From positions 1-64,000 of the forward strand of contig JBGUGD010000004.1 of the NCBI GenBank assembly GCA_041697335.1: DNA of 64,000 bases, written 5' to 3'. The position numbers and the translations under genes were made by a program. Below are positions 18,519-28,720 of this stretch, piece by piece (position 1 is the stretch's first letter; each line of letters starts with the position of its first letter). This DNA comes from Vampirovibrionaceae bacterium NZW_1234. Its GTDB lineage: Bacteria > Cyanobacteriota > Vampirovibrionia > Vampirovibrionales > JAGQHJ01. The notes beneath the pieces were generated by a model. It had not been told where the DNA came from and ran no database searches. It worked only from the letters and a program-made list of their open reading frames with translations.

Positions 18519-19994
18519 TTAACGCAGGTTAACAGGTCGGAAGGGTGCTCCTAGAGCTTGCAAGGCTTGAGAAAATAGCCCCATCAATGGGAGGTTTAAA
18601 GTATGATAAATACGCTCGGGATGGCCGAGTTCTGGAAATGCCTGGGCGTGCGTAACCCCGTATAGCCCCATCGCAATGCGGTATGTTTTATTCGGGTCAA
18701 TACGTTCCCACTGCTGACTTTTTGAGTTAAAGACTCGACTGGTGCCAATTCCCGTTATTGAATTCGTGTATATCGCTAGGCCAGAGCTGTAGAACAAGCG
18801 TTTGTTGTTGTTTTTTTGAGCATATCGGCTCATGCGCTGGGCTAATAAAAGCAGTTCGTTGCCACGAAGTGTCAGACAGACCATGGGGTCTGGATAAGGC
18901 ATCATGGTTTTAACGTCCCAATCCGTTAAGACCCCTGGGCTTAACGGTTTTCTGATCTCATGAGGTCGGATAAGGGCGATATCGGTATTGCTTTTTACGC
19001 GTAAGGTTTCACACAGCCATCGGGTCAACTGGGATTTGCTCATCGGAGCGGAAACCAGGCCAAGTCTTCGTGCCGGGGGAATGTATTGCTGAATTAGAGA
19101 GTTTGCGATGGGATCTGGGAGAAAGAGTCGGCTGGGCATTAAATGGTTTTGTAACGGTCGAATGCGCCCAGCAGAATCGAACAGCAAATCCACCGCCCCT
19201 ACAAATTGACAATTTGCCCCAGATTGGACAATCAAGACCGGTTCACCGGAGGGAGAAGACAGTAAATTTTGACCCGGTACGATACCTTCAATTGCATCGT
19301 GCGAATCGCCTCCTACAATCACATCAATACCCGAAACCGATTGAGCCAGTTTTCTATCCCAGGCATAACCCAGATGCGAGACCAGAATAACCCGGTTAAT
19401 CCCCATATGCTTTAAATGGGTCACTTCATTTTGAAGCTTTTGGCACGTTTCTGAAAAGTCGAGAATGCTAAAGTCCCGGGTATTGTATTTATCTTTGGCC
19501 TTGCGAGTGGATGTTACGCCTAAAAGTCCATAGTGTCCTTGAGGGGTCCGTATTACTTGAGCATTCGTGTTGATCTTACCTCGGGTTAAGATGGGAGCCC
19601 ATGAAGAAAGCCTCTTGAGCACAATGTTGGAGACCAGAACGGGAAATTGTGCCCACTGATACAATTTGGCAAAGAGCGTTTCCGAAGGCAAATAACACTC
19701 ATGATTGCCCAGGGTTGTTCCATGAAGTCCCAAGCGGTTCATCAGCCGAATACTCAGTTCCCATTCCTGTGGTTCAATACTTGTAGAATTATCACCTCCA
19801 TTGAGGCGAAGAACATCACTTCCTGAAGCCTGAGCTAGGTTGGACAAAGCCTGAAAGCCTGTGATGCTTCGAGAAAAGTCGTCCCAATGTTCATGGGTGT
19901 CGTTGTTATAGATAATCCGGAGCCGTGTAACTGGCCCGGGTGGTCTCCACGAGGTGAAGCCAGGCGATGATGGTAGAGGGAACCACATCGACAT
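18519..19994 (-). CDS. Metallophosphoesterase / 5'-nucleotidase family protein
   Basis: NDTHE, GGD, LGNHE, SHLG, GGDSH metal-binding motifs plus a C-terminal domain. Confidence 0.85.
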   Translation of the reverse strand: MSMWFPLPSSPGFTSWRPPGPVTRLRIIYNNDTHEHWDDFSRSITGFQALSNLAQASGSDVLRLNGGDNSTSIEPQEWELSIRLMNRLGLHGTTLGNHECYLPSETLFAKLYQWAQFPVLVSNIVLKRLSSWAPILTRGKINTNAQVIRTPQGHYGLLGVTSTRKAKDKYNTRDFSILDFSETCQKLQNEVTHLKHMGINRVILVSHLGYAWDRKLAQSVSGIDVIVGGDSHDAIEGIVPGQNLLSSPSGEPVLIVQSGANCQFVGAVDLLFDSAGRIRPLQNHLMPSRLFLPDPIANSLIQQYIPPARRLGLVSAPMSKSQLTRWLCETLRVKSNTDIALIRPHEIRKPLSPGVLTDWDVKTMMPYPDPMVCLTLRGNELLLLAQRMSRYAQKNNNKRLFYSSGLAIYTNSITGIGTSRVFNSKSQQWERIDPNKTYRIAMGLYGVTHAQAFPELGHPERIYHTLNLPLMGLFSQALQALGAPFRPVNLR

Positions 19995-20120
19995 GGTATT
20001 TGTGTCCCCATCAAATTGTGCGTTCAGATGCGGACAAATAAAAAACGGTCCCGATTCATTTTTGCCTTATCTCTTAACGAGGTTAGAGGGGGGCTTATGA
20101 ATCGATATGCAACAGGAAGC

Positions 20121-20399
20121 TTAATCCTTCAGTACAAATCGAACGGGGATCCCTTTAATATCTTGTGCATTAAGTTGAGTTAAAATTGGGCTATTGCGGT
20201 TCAGCTCAAAGCGAAACTCTTTCATTCCGGTGCTCGGGTTAACATCCAGGGTAATGCGATTGGCGACTCCCATTTGATGGACAAAGATTTCGGAAAGCTT
20301 GGTACATATCTGCTGATGGTCTCTAAGGGCTTCATCCTCATTAAGCACAGGTTTGGTTTGCGGTACCTGTGGACGAAGGGGATCTGCAGACTGAGCCAT
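20121..20399 (-). CDS. Hypothetical protein (92 aa)
   Basis: Strong AGGAGG RBS; plausible globular composition. Confidence 0.65.
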   Translation of the reverse strand: MAQSADPLRPQVPQTKPVLNEDEALRDHQQICTKLSEIFVHQMGVANRITLDVNPSTGMKEFRFELNRNSPILTQLNAQDIKGIPVRFVLKD

Positions 20400-20459
20400 A
20401 TCTTTCCTCCTGTCGTTTCGTTGTGAAAGTAGCCAAATTCTGATGATGCCGTAGTTGGG

Positions 20460-20684
20460 ATGATGAAAGGGCCACTTAGAGAAAGAAATCGATTGCGGTC
20501 ACAATCGATTCAAAAAGTGAAACATATAATCGAATCATCTCAAAGTGATTCTTCTATTGACAGAATACTGCTTCTGCTCGCCTCAGAACTCGTCTGGCTG
20601 GAGGACATTGGGGAAGGAGCCGTCCATCAGGGAGTTGAAATGCGACAAAACAAGGTGCAGGAAAAGACAGGCCTGAGCTGCTAA
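20460..20684 (+). CDS. Hypothetical protein (74 aa)
   Basis: ORF fills the gap; weak RBS. Confidence 0.35.
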   Translation: MMKGPLRERNRLRSQSIQKVKHIIESSQSDSSIDRILLLLASELVWLEDIGEGAVHQGVEMRQNKVQEKTGLSC

Positions 20685-20732
20685 GCCCATTGGTGACTTT
20701 AACTCTGGTGTGGGACGGGCCTTGGGTGAGGA

Positions 20733-20762
20733 TTGTCATGGGTTTGGGAAGGATGCTATAAT
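20733..20762 (+). promoter_or_regulatory. Sigma70-type promoter of rimP-nusA
   Basis: TTGTCA-N18-TATAAT with extended TGn. Confidence 0.6.
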
Positions 20763-20786
20763 CCCATTGCTTCTCAAAAACACGTA

Positions 20787-20816
20787 GAAGTGGGTACGTC
20801 TTCGACCCACTTTTTT
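20787..20816 (+). promoter_or_regulatory. rimP leader terminator-like hairpin (attenuator)
   Basis: AAGTGGGT-acgtcttcg-ACCCACTT-TTTT between the promoter and rimP. Confidence 0.65.
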
Positions 20817-20842
20817 AGTTAAAAAGGGAGGGTTCCCACCCC

Positions 20843-21418
20843 ATGAAAGAGAAAAAGCGGTACCAGCCAAAACCTTTGTCGCCGCAACAAATTCAATCCA
20901 TCCAGGAGAAGGTGTATGAAGTGGCCGAAATTATTGTTTCTGCCAATTATTTTGTTGTGGATGTGGCTATGGAATTGGAAAATGGCCGCTGGTACTTGCG
21001 TATCTATTTGGATCACCCTAACCCCACAGTACGTGTGACACTTGAAGACTGTAAAGATATTAGCGAGGCCTTGGGCCCGATGATTGATGAAAGTGTTCCT
21101 GAATTGGAAAACTTTTCTTACAGCTTGGAAGTAAGCTCACCTGGGCTATTTCGCTCTCTGTCTAAGCCCCGGGAGTTTCAGTTTTACAAAGGACGGCGCA
21201 TTGAAATCAAGCCCAAAGGCCAAGAGCCTTTTATTGCCTATCTTCACCGATATGATCCCGAGACGCAGATGGTGATTTATCGCCTCAGTGAATCAGAAGA
21301 CGAGCAGACCCATGAGCTGGCCTGGACCCCGAAAACGGTTCAGATAGCTTTGGCACCTGACTTAACAGCGAATGTTGAAACCCAAACGGTCCCCAGGAGG
21401 ATTACACGTTATGATTAA
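20843..21418 (+). CDS. rimP: Ribosome maturation factor RimP
   Basis: LRIYLD, TLEDC..IS, YSLEVSSPG; upstream of nusA. Confidence 0.93.
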   Translation: MKEKKRYQPKPLSPQQIQSIQEKVYEVAEIIVSANYFVVDVAMELENGRWYLRIYLDHPNPTVRVTLEDCKDISEALGPMIDESVPELENFSYSLEVSSPGLFRSLSKPREFQFYKGRRIEIKPKGQEPFIAYLHRYDPETQMVIYRLSESEDEQTHELAWTPKTVQIALAPDLTANVETQTVPRRITRYD

Positions 21419-22691
21419 ACTTGGTTCCCAGTTACAAGAAGCGGCTGAGCAATTAGAACGGGAGAAAGGGATTCCCCGGCTGGTCTTTATGGAGTCCATC
21501 AAGGAAGCAATGATGGCCGCCTATAAACGCTATGCCCACTTACAAGAAATTGAAGATCCGGATGAGTATGAAGTGCGTCTGCTGGAAAAGACCGGTGAGA
21601 TTGGGATTTTCAAGCGTAAACGTGTGGTTGAAGCCGTAGGCGATGACGAAAATGAAATTTCCTTGCCGGAAGCATTAGGCGTAGATGCTTCTGTGGCTTT
21701 GGGTGACGAAATTTATGTGGAAATTACCCCCAACGATTTTGGACGGATTGCAGCCCAGTCGGCCAAGCAAGTGATGACTCAGCGGATTCGGGAAGCCGAG
21801 AAAAAGCTGGTCTACAACGAGTTTGAAGAGCGAAAAGACACCGTCGTCCCGGCTATTGTTCAGCGGATTGAAGGACGTAACGTGGTTGTCAGTATTGGGC
21901 GTTTGGAAGCCATTATGCCTCCCCGGGAGCAGATTCCGGGAGAATATTACCGGGTAGGCAATAAAGTCCGAGTGTATGTGTCCGACTTGCGTGATAACGG
22001 CCGAGTACCCCAGATTATTGTGTCAACGGCGCACCCGCAAATGGTACGGGAAGTCTTTGAGTTGGAAGTTCCTGAAATCGAAGATGGTCTGGTTGAGCTG
22101 AAAAATATTGCTCGTGAGGCCGGTTTCCGGACCAAAGTCGCCGTTCATTCCAGCGATCCCGATGTGGATCCGCAGGGGGCTTGTATTGGGGCTCGTGGTA
22201 GCCGTATTCAGGCGATTGTCAACGAATTGAAGAATGAGAAAATCGATATCATTCGTTGGTCAGAAGATCCGGTTCAGTACATTACCAATGCACTGGCGCC
22301 GGCTAAGATTATCAGCGTCGAAATGGTGGATCCTGAGAATCGGGTTGCACAGGTTATTGTGCCTGATGATCAACTCAGCCTTGCTATTGGTCGTGAAGGT
22401 CAGAACGTGCGTTTGGCCGCTAAGCTTACAGGTTGGAAGCTGGATATTAAGAGCATTAGTCAATTCCAACCAACCATGGCGGCTCACCCAGAAGATGTAT
22501 TTGCGGGTGAAGCACCTCGCCATCAGCAACCTGTAGCGGAGGAGGACGCTTTTGAGGTGTCCGAAGATGAAGAAGGCTTGGATGATTTTGATGTCGACGA
22601 GCTTGATTTAGATGAAGACGACACCGAACTGGATGATTTGGAAGAAGATTTGGAGGAAGAAGAGGACCTCGAAGAGCATCCTGCTTCTTAA
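21411..22691 (+). CDS. nusA: Transcription termination factor NusA
   Basis: FGRIAAQSAKQ, AREAGFRTKVAV, SLAIGREGQNVRLAAKLTGWKLDI; acidic tail; start at ATG 21411. Confidence 0.97.
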   Translation: MIKLGSQLQEAAEQLEREKGIPRLVFMESIKEAMMAAYKRYAHLQEIEDPDEYEVRLLEKTGEIGIFKRKRVVEAVGDDENEISLPEALGVDASVALGDEIYVEITPNDFGRIAAQSAKQVMTQRIREAEKKLVYNEFEERKDTVVPAIVQRIEGRNVVVSIGRLEAIMPPREQIPGEYYRVGNKVRVYVSDLRDNGRVPQIIVSTAHPQMVREVFELEVPEIEDGLVELKNIAREAGFRTKVAVHSSDPDVDPQGACIGARGSRIQAIVNELKNEKIDIIRWSEDPVQYITNALAPAKIISVEMVDPENRVAQVIVPDDQLSLAIGREGQNVRLAAKLTGWKLDIKSISQFQPTMAAHPEDVFAGEAPRHQQPVAEEDAFEVSEDEEGLDDFDVDELDLDEDDTELDDLEEDLEEEEDLEEHPAS

Positions 22692-22714
22692 CCTAAATCT
22701 GGTTTCTTAAAATT

Positions 22715-22750
22715 CAAAGGTCGCTTTTCAATTTTGGAAGGCGACCTTTG
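22715..22750 (+). terminator. Hairpin terminator after nusA
   Basis: CAAAGGTCGC(TTTT)...(GGAAG)GCGACCTTTG inverted repeat. Confidence 0.7.
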
Positions 22751-22860
22751 TAACGATCATGCCACCAAGAGGTAGGTTGTGTGATGTTTTTATGATATGT
22801 AAAAAATTATAAGCAATCATCATTGATGCTCAGTGAGCCTACTTCGGGTGGAGTGTTGGG

Positions 22861-23796
22861 ATGTCTTTCTGTATTGCAGAAGCGAGGTATAAGAGACGGG
22901 ACATCAAGCAGGTTCCCTCTTTTGGGCAGGCGAAGCGACAGATGCGGCCTGACCCATTTGAAGCTTATCGCCATGTATTGTCTCAAATTCAGGAGAAAGG
23001 TCAGGGTCTTCAACTGCCGCAGAAGCGGAATATCCCTGTGTTTATTGTGCCTGTTCTGGCTACTATGACCACTCGGCTACCAGCTGCTGCTGTTCTGGAG
23101 CTGCATCGGGCTAAGAAGCTAGGGATTCCAGAAGAAACGTCTGACATATTGTATTTTCTCATTATCAAGTCGATGCTTGACTCAGGGCGTTTTACATTAA
23201 GCCGCTTCAAGCGCTTTCGGAAATCTGCAGAACCGTTGTTGAAGCATCCGACAGCTGAGGGGTACCGGGCCATGGTGAGACTGGCTTACCGAAATATTGA
23301 ACGTGATGATCTGAAAACAGCTCAGACTTTTCTACCTGCGTTGACTCAGGTTCAACCTCCTCGCCTGCTGAGGTACTTTTTGGCGATGTTTCTGGTGGAT
23401 GATGCTGTGAAGTCTCGATTTTACCCTGCGATTGCCAATTTAACCCAATCCGACATTATTGCAGAGAAATGTGTGGGTGAAGCACAAGAATTAGCAGAAC
23501 ATGCTCCTGGGCAATACGGTCATATTCCTGCCTTACTTGCATCCTGGAGACCTGAACCACGCTCTTACCAAGCGATCCTCCAAGAGCTTCTAAGATTAGG
23601 CCAACAGGAAATTGGTACAGGGACCTTTACACTCACTAATCTGTTACAGCATCAGTGGTTTAAAAGCAGTGGGCGAACCGCCTATCTGTATCTGAATGCT
23701 GGAATATCTTATGATGAGGCTAAGCAGCGGGCCAAGGCTTGGGAAAAACTTCTTGAAGCGGATCGATTTTTTGTTGCGACCACTGTAAGAAATTGA
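22861..23796 (+). CDS. Hypothetical protein inserted between nusA and ylxR
   Basis: 311 aa open frame; no family recognised. Confidence 0.65.
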   Translation: MSFCIAEARYKRRDIKQVPSFGQAKRQMRPDPFEAYRHVLSQIQEKGQGLQLPQKRNIPVFIVPVLATMTTRLPAAAVLELHRAKKLGIPEETSDILYFLIIKSMLDSGRFTLSRFKRFRKSAEPLLKHPTAEGYRAMVRLAYRNIERDDLKTAQTFLPALTQVQPPRLLRYFLAMFLVDDAVKSRFYPAIANLTQSDIIAEKCVGEAQELAEHAPGQYGHIPALLASWRPEPRSYQAILQELLRLGQQEIGTGTFTLTNLLQHQWFKSSGRTAYLYLNAGISYDEAKQRAKAWEKLLEADRFFVATTVRN

Positions 23797-23818
23797 TAAA
23801 GATGGTGCTCATGGGACA

Positions 23819-23847
23819 TTGGCACTGGCTTCTGGAGCAAGTATGAT
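23819..23847 (+). promoter_or_regulatory. Sigma70-type promoter of ylxR-infB-rbfA
   Basis: TTGGCA-N17-TATGAT. Confidence 0.5.
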
Positions 23848-23906
23848 GCTTCCTAATACGGCATGTACGATTACTGATCTAAAGTAAGGAGTGTCCCTTA
23901 AATCTA

Positions 23907-24203
23907 ATGCTTGCAGTTGACCCGTCTTTTCAACCTCGGCCAATTCTACGCCAATGTGTGGCGTGTCGTAAGCCGCAAGAGCGGTCTCATTTGATACGGG
24001 TGGTCCTGGACCGCATTGGAAAACAAATGCGCATTGGCTTTCCTGGTGAAAGGTTTCCGGTTGCTTCGGGTCGTTCTGCTTACGTGTGTCGTGATGAACG
24101 CTGTCTAAAGATTGCACTGAAGGGCAAGAAGCTACAGAAAGCGTTGAAATCCTCCATCCCGGATGATATATTAGAATGTCTAAATGACTTGATGAAAGGA
24201 TAA
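23907..24203 (+). CDS. ylxR: YlxR/RnpM family RNA-binding protein
   Basis: RQCVACR, LIRVV, GRSAYVC; upstream of infB. Confidence 0.9.
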   Translation: MLAVDPSFQPRPILRQCVACRKPQERSHLIRVVLDRIGKQMRIGFPGERFPVASGRSAYVCRDERCLKIALKGKKLQKALKSSIPDDILECLNDLMKG

Positions 24204-24211
24204 AACAAAGC

Positions 24212-26644
24212 GTGGCGGCACCCAAGGTTAGAATCTATGAGCTTTCCAAAGAACTGGGGATGACCAACCAGGAACTGATGGATTTGCTTGAAAAGAAATT
24301 CAATATTACGGTCAAAAGCCATGCCAGCTCTATTGAAGCCGAGGTTGCAGATAAAGTACGCGCCTTAAAGTCAGGCTCTCAAGCTGAAAGTTCGTCTGTG
24401 TCTCAGGCCTCAGAGCCAGCTTCCAAAGTGGAAGCGCCGAAAATAGAACCCAAGGTGGAGAGACCGTCTGTTGATCCGAAAAAAACAGAGCCTCCCGCTT
24501 CCGAGCCTGTGGTTCATCGTATGGAGCCCCGTGCCAATCGAGAACCTCAGCGGCATCAAGCTCCCGTCAGGCCTCAGCAACCTGCTGCTCAAACTCAGGC
24601 CCCTCAGGTCGACAAGCGTCCTCAGTCTTCTCCTTCAGTAGGGAACGTTGGTGGCCGTCCCTCTGGTCAGCCTATGGTTGCGTCTTCTCCTCAAAAAACG
24701 CAGGCTCAAGTGGCTATTCAAGATGCTCCGTCTCGGCCTCAATCTGAAGCTCAGCGTCAACAGCAAGGGAAGCCGACTCAGCCTTCTCAACAGCAGCGAA
24801 AAGAACAGCCTCGGCCCCAACAGCAAGCTCACCCTGCAGCGGTGGCTTCTTCTAAAGTCAAGCAAGAGCCTGTGGTTGAAGAGCCACAAGTTATTAAAAT
24901 TGAAGCTCCCTTGTCTATCGCAGAACTGGCCCAAAAACTGAAGAAACGGGAAACGGAACTCATTCGCCACTTGTTTATGAAAGGGGTCATGGTAACGGTT
25001 AACCAAACCATGCAAGTGGAAGATGCCATGAACTTGGCGAAAGAATTGGGGTTTGAGGTTGAAGGACCTTCAGATAAGCCGGAAGTTGATTTTGCGGCCC
25101 CGGAACTCAAAGTTCGCCAAGCCAAGGGCAAGCATTTACGCCATCGGGCTCCAGTTGTTTCCATTATGGGCCACGTTGACCATGGGAAAACCTCACTATT
25201 GGATGCCATTCGTGCCAGCCGTCACCGGATTGTCGACACCGAAGCGGGTGGGATTACCCAGAGCATTGGTGCTTACACGGTTATGCAAGGCGAGCAAAAA
25301 ATTGTCTTTATTGACACCCCAGGTCACGAAGCGTTTACGGCTATGCGGATGCGAGGGGCTCAAGCCACGGATATTGCGATTCTGGTTGTTGCCGCTGATG
25401 ATGGTGTGATGCCACAAACGATTGAGGCCATTAACCACGCCAAAGCTGCCAACATTCCGATTATTGTTGCGGTCAATAAAATAGACAAGGCTGATGCTGA
25501 TCCGGATCGGGTCATGGTGCAATTGTCCGAACATGGCCTGATGGCTGAGAAATGGGGGGGGGACACCATTATGGTGGAGGTCAGTGCCCTTCAAAAGCTT
25601 GGCCTGGATGACCTTCTTGAAATGATTACCCTCGTGGCCGAATTACAAGAGTTGAAAGCCGACTCGACAGTACCCGCAGAAGGTGTTGTGATTGAAGCCA
25701 AGCTGGATAAAGGCAAGGGGCCTGTGGCAACTGTTCTGGTTCAAAACGGAACCTTACATGTCGGGGAAAACATTGTGATGGGCCGCATAGGCGGACGTAT
25801 TCGTGCTCTTATTAGCGACACAGGGGAACGGCTGAAATCGGCCGGTCCGAGCACGCCGGTTGAAATTCTAGGCTTGAACGAAGTTCCTTTGGCGGGTGAG
25901 GCCTTTGAAGTCGTGCGCAATGACAAGGAATTCAAACGACTTCTGCAAGAGCGCCAGAACCAGGATCGTGAACAGCGCCTGAACAAGATGATAGCTGCCC
26001 CTGGCTTGATGAGCGACAAAGAAACGGAACGCAAGGATTTTTATGTCATTGTGAAAGCCGAAACACAGGGGTCGGTGGAAGCTATTTCGGCTTCTCTGTT
26101 ACAGTTGGCGACGGAAGAAGTGTCGGTCCATGTCTTGCATGGAGGCACTGGTGATGTGTCTGAAGCAGATGTCCTACTGGCCTCTGCCAGCAATGCCTTG
26201 ATTATTGCCTTTAATATTAAAGCAGAGACCAATGCCTTGCGAGTTGCCCAAGATCGGGGCATTCAAATTCGTGAGTATGACATCATTTACAATGTCCTTG
26301 AGGACATGGAAAAAATGATGTTGGGCCTCTTGTCGCCTGAAACCGAAGAGCAGGAGACCGGATGTGCGGAAGTACGTCAACTCTTCTCGTTTGGTAAGAC
26401 TATTATTGCCGGATGTTATGTAACAGAGGGTAAAATTGTTCGTAACGGGGTTTCTCGGGTCTTCCGTAACGGCAAAGAAATTTTCAAAGGCACCTTGAGC
26501 AATCTCAAGCGTTTTAAAGAAGATGCCCGAGAAGTGGCCTCTGGCTATGAATGCGGGATTTCCTTTGACAAGTTTAATGATTTACAGCCTGGTGATATTA
26601 TTCGGCTCTATACCATTAAAGAAACCGAGCGAACCTCGTTATAA
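24212..26644 (+). CDS. infB: Translation initiation factor IF-2
   Basis: [35 protein letters not shown]. Confidence 0.98.
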   Translation: MAAPKVRIYELSKELGMTNQELMDLLEKKFNITVKSHASSIEAEVADKVRALKSGSQAESSSVSQASEPASKVEAPKIEPKVERPSVDPKKTEPPASEPVVHRMEPRANREPQRHQAPVRPQQPAAQTQAPQVDKRPQSSPSVGNVGGRPSGQPMVASSPQKTQAQVAIQDAPSRPQSEAQRQQQGKPTQPSQQQRKEQPRPQQQAHPAAVASSKVKQEPVVEEPQVIKIEAPLSIAELAQKLKKRETELIRHLFMKGVMVTVNQTMQVEDAMNLAKELGFEVEGPSDKPEVDFAAPELKVRQAKGKHLRHRAPVVSIMGHVDHGKTSLLDAIRASRHRIVDTEAGGITQSIGAYTVMQGEQKIVFIDTPGHEAFTAMRMRGAQATDIAILVVAADDGVMPQTIEAINHAKAANIPIIVAVNKIDKADADPDRVMVQLSEHGLMAEKWGGDTIMVEVSALQKLGLDDLLEMITLVAELQELKADSTVPAEGVVIEAKLDKGKGPVATVLVQNGTLHVGENIVMGRIGGRIRALISDTGERLKSAGPSTPVEILGLNEVPLAGEAFEVVRNDKEFKRLLQERQNQDREQRLNKMIAAPGLMSDKETERKDFYVIVKAETQGSVEAISASLLQLATEEVSVHVLHGGTGDVSEADVLLASASNALIIAFNIKAETNALRVAQDRGIQIREYDIIYNVLEDMEKMMLGLLSPETEEQETGCAEVRQLFSFGKTIIAGCYVTEGKIVRNGVSRVFRNGKEIFKGTLSNLKRFKEDAREVASGYECGISFDKFNDLQPGDIIRLYTIKETERTSL

Positions 26645-26688
26645 ACTACTGCTTTTGAAATCAACATCAACCAGATGAGGGTGTGACC

Positions 26689-27057
26689 ATGGCCAATCGT
26701 TTTGAATTCTCCAGATCCGATCGGGTTCGTAAGGCCTTGATGCGTGAAGTCAGTGACATCATTCGCCGAGAAGTCAAAGACCCCCGCTTGGCAAATGAAG
26801 TCATTTCCATTACAGATGTCGAGGTCTCCGGGGATTTACGCCATGCCAAGTTGTTTGTCAGCATTTTTGGGAGCGAAGACGTCCAATCTGAGATTATGGA
26901 GATTTTGAAGGAATGGACTCCTCAGGTGCGTTCCGAAGTTGGCAAGCGTATCCGTCTTCATCATACTCCTGAAATTCAGTTTTACCTGGATAATTCTTTG
27001 GAACGGGGAAGTCGGGTAACGCAATTGTTGGACCAAATCAGCCGCGGCGAAGTCTAA
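26689..27057 (+). CDS. rbfA: Ribosome-binding factor A
   Basis: KDPRL, SITDVEVSGDLRHAK, LHHTPEIQF..D.S. Confidence 0.95.
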   Translation: MANRFEFSRSDRVRKALMREVSDIIRREVKDPRLANEVISITDVEVSGDLRHAKLFVSIFGSEDVQSEIMEILKEWTPQVRSEVGKRIRLHHTPEIQFYLDNSLERGSRVTQLLDQISRGEV

Positions 27058-27197
27058 TCAAACCACTTGCTCCTCGAACCTACCCCTAGTGTGGGCGCCT
27101 TTACTACGCCATGCTATACTGAGGCTGAGTCCTGTTAAACGCGTCACGGATGGCGCATCCTCAACCCTCAGCGACGAAAAACAGGAAGGAGGCAGTT

Positions 27198-27962
27198 TTG
27201 GTTTTCCTGAACAAGATGCAATCTCCCTTAAAACGATGGATTTCCTCCGCCCTTTTTGGAGTGTTCCTTTTACTGTTGCCACTGGGCTCTCTGGTGGCAC
27301 ATTCAGCCGATTCCCTGACCTCCCCCACTGTTTACCCGCCCTCCGAATTGAGCTTGACCTCACAGGAGGTTCCTGCCGGAACCACATTAAAGATTCGCTT
27401 TCTAACGGCTTTGGACAGTAAAACCAGCAATATGGGTGACGGGTTTGTGGCCATGGCTATTGAAGATGTCTTTGCAGGTAGGCAGTTGGTCTTACCCAAG
27501 GGGACGCCTGTGAGAGGACGGGTGGCTCAGGTCCAGCGGCCGGGATTTTTCAGTAAAGGGGGGCTGATGCGCCTGACCTTTGACCATGTGATGTTGCCCA
27601 ATGGCGAGCTTCAGTCGATGCGCTTGGATCTGGATGCGGCTTCTGCCAAGGTGGATCGCACTCGGAACGCCTTGTATACCGATCCGGGCATCGGGGCAAA
27701 GTTAGAATCCAGTGTCGATAAAGGTGTTAACCAGTACAAGTCTCTGGTAGACAAAGCCGGCCAAAACAATACACAAAACAGCAAAGGCTATAATATGCTT
27801 ATGACGGTGCCAGTGGCTCTTGCCGGGGTTGCTTCCGGTACTGCGGTTACAACAGCCAGTGCGGCCAAGGCCATTTTGGGACGAGGTGAGTCTGTCACCA
27901 TAGTCCCTGGTGATGAGTTGGTTATTGACATTGCCCAAGCTGTGAGCTTGCAGGGCCAATAA
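27198..27962 (+). CDS. Secreted TrbI/VirB10-like protein (second copy)
   Basis: GGAGG RBS before TTG 27198; signal peptide; VPAGT.L.I...GD.F.A...LPKGT.V.G.V pattern. Confidence 0.6.
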   Translation: MVFLNKMQSPLKRWISSALFGVFLLLLPLGSLVAHSADSLTSPTVYPPSELSLTSQEVPAGTTLKIRFLTALDSKTSNMGDGFVAMAIEDVFAGRQLVLPKGTPVRGRVAQVQRPGFFSKGGLMRLTFDHVMLPNGELQSMRLDLDAASAKVDRTRNALYTDPGIGAKLESSVDKGVNQYKSLVDKAGQNNTQNSKGYNMLMTVPVALAGVASGTAVTTASAAKAILGRGESVTIVPGDELVIDIAQAVSLQGQ

Positions 27963-27982
27963 AACCAAAAATCGGTATCTGG

Positions 27983-28516
27983 CTACAAGAGTGTCAACGC
28001 ACGATCTTGGGGATTGAGTAGTGTCCCATTCACCGCTAATTGCAGCTGGCGGGGACGTTCCAGCCCTAAGAGAAAAGACTTGATTTTTAAGCCGCCGGTA
28101 TAGCCACCCAACGTGCCATCGTGCTGAATCACCCGATGACAAGGAATGATAATGGGAATGGGGTTACGTCCATTGGCTTGACCGATGGCTCGAGACGCGT
28201 TCGGCATATTTAGTTGCTGGGCTACCCACTTATAAGAACGTGTTTCGCCAAAAGGAATGCGGCACAAGGCTTCCCAGACGGCTTGCTGAAATCGGCTACC
28301 GTGGGGCGCAAGGGGGATGGTTGAAAAGTCCACCCGCTGGCCTGCTAAGTAAAGCTTAAGACGTAGTTCAATGTCCTCTAAAAATGGATCCGAACTCAAG
28401 GGCTGTTTATCTGGTATGTGCGATGCAAACTCCAATCGGGTGAGTCCTGTTCCTTCGGAGCCGCTGAGAACCACGACACCCAAAACCGAGTGTTCAAAAT
28501 AACGAATACCCGTCAT
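27983..28516 (-). CDS. ogt: Methylated-DNA--protein-cysteine methyltransferase
   Basis: IPFGETRSY, RAIGQANGRNP, IPCHRV. Confidence 0.93.
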   Translation of the reverse strand: MTGIRYFEHSVLGVVVLSGSEGTGLTRLEFASHIPDKQPLSSDPFLEDIELRLKLYLAGQRVDFSTIPLAPHGSRFQQAVWEALCRIPFGETRSYKWVAQQLNMPNASRAIGQANGRNPIPIIIPCHRVIQHDGTLGGYTGGLKIKSFLLGLERPRQLQLAVNGTLLNPQDRALTLL

Positions 28517-28720
28517 ACACCATCCCCACTGTTGTTTATCCCATGTGTCATCAAATCCTGATCAGTCCCAAGGCGTAGGACTCATCGTCTGAAATCAAGT
28601 TTGTTTATTATACAAATTTTCGGCTGAAACCACAAATTACAATTTTATGAAGAAGCGCATGGGTTGCTGGAAAAGCCGGTTTTGACATGAAATGGCTCAA
28701 AGAGCGTAACGTCAAAAATT

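Noticed and set aside
22540..22691. Acidic low-complexity NusA tail (and the Pro/Gln-rich IF-2 linker)
   Set aside because: Ordinary variable regions of these proteins.
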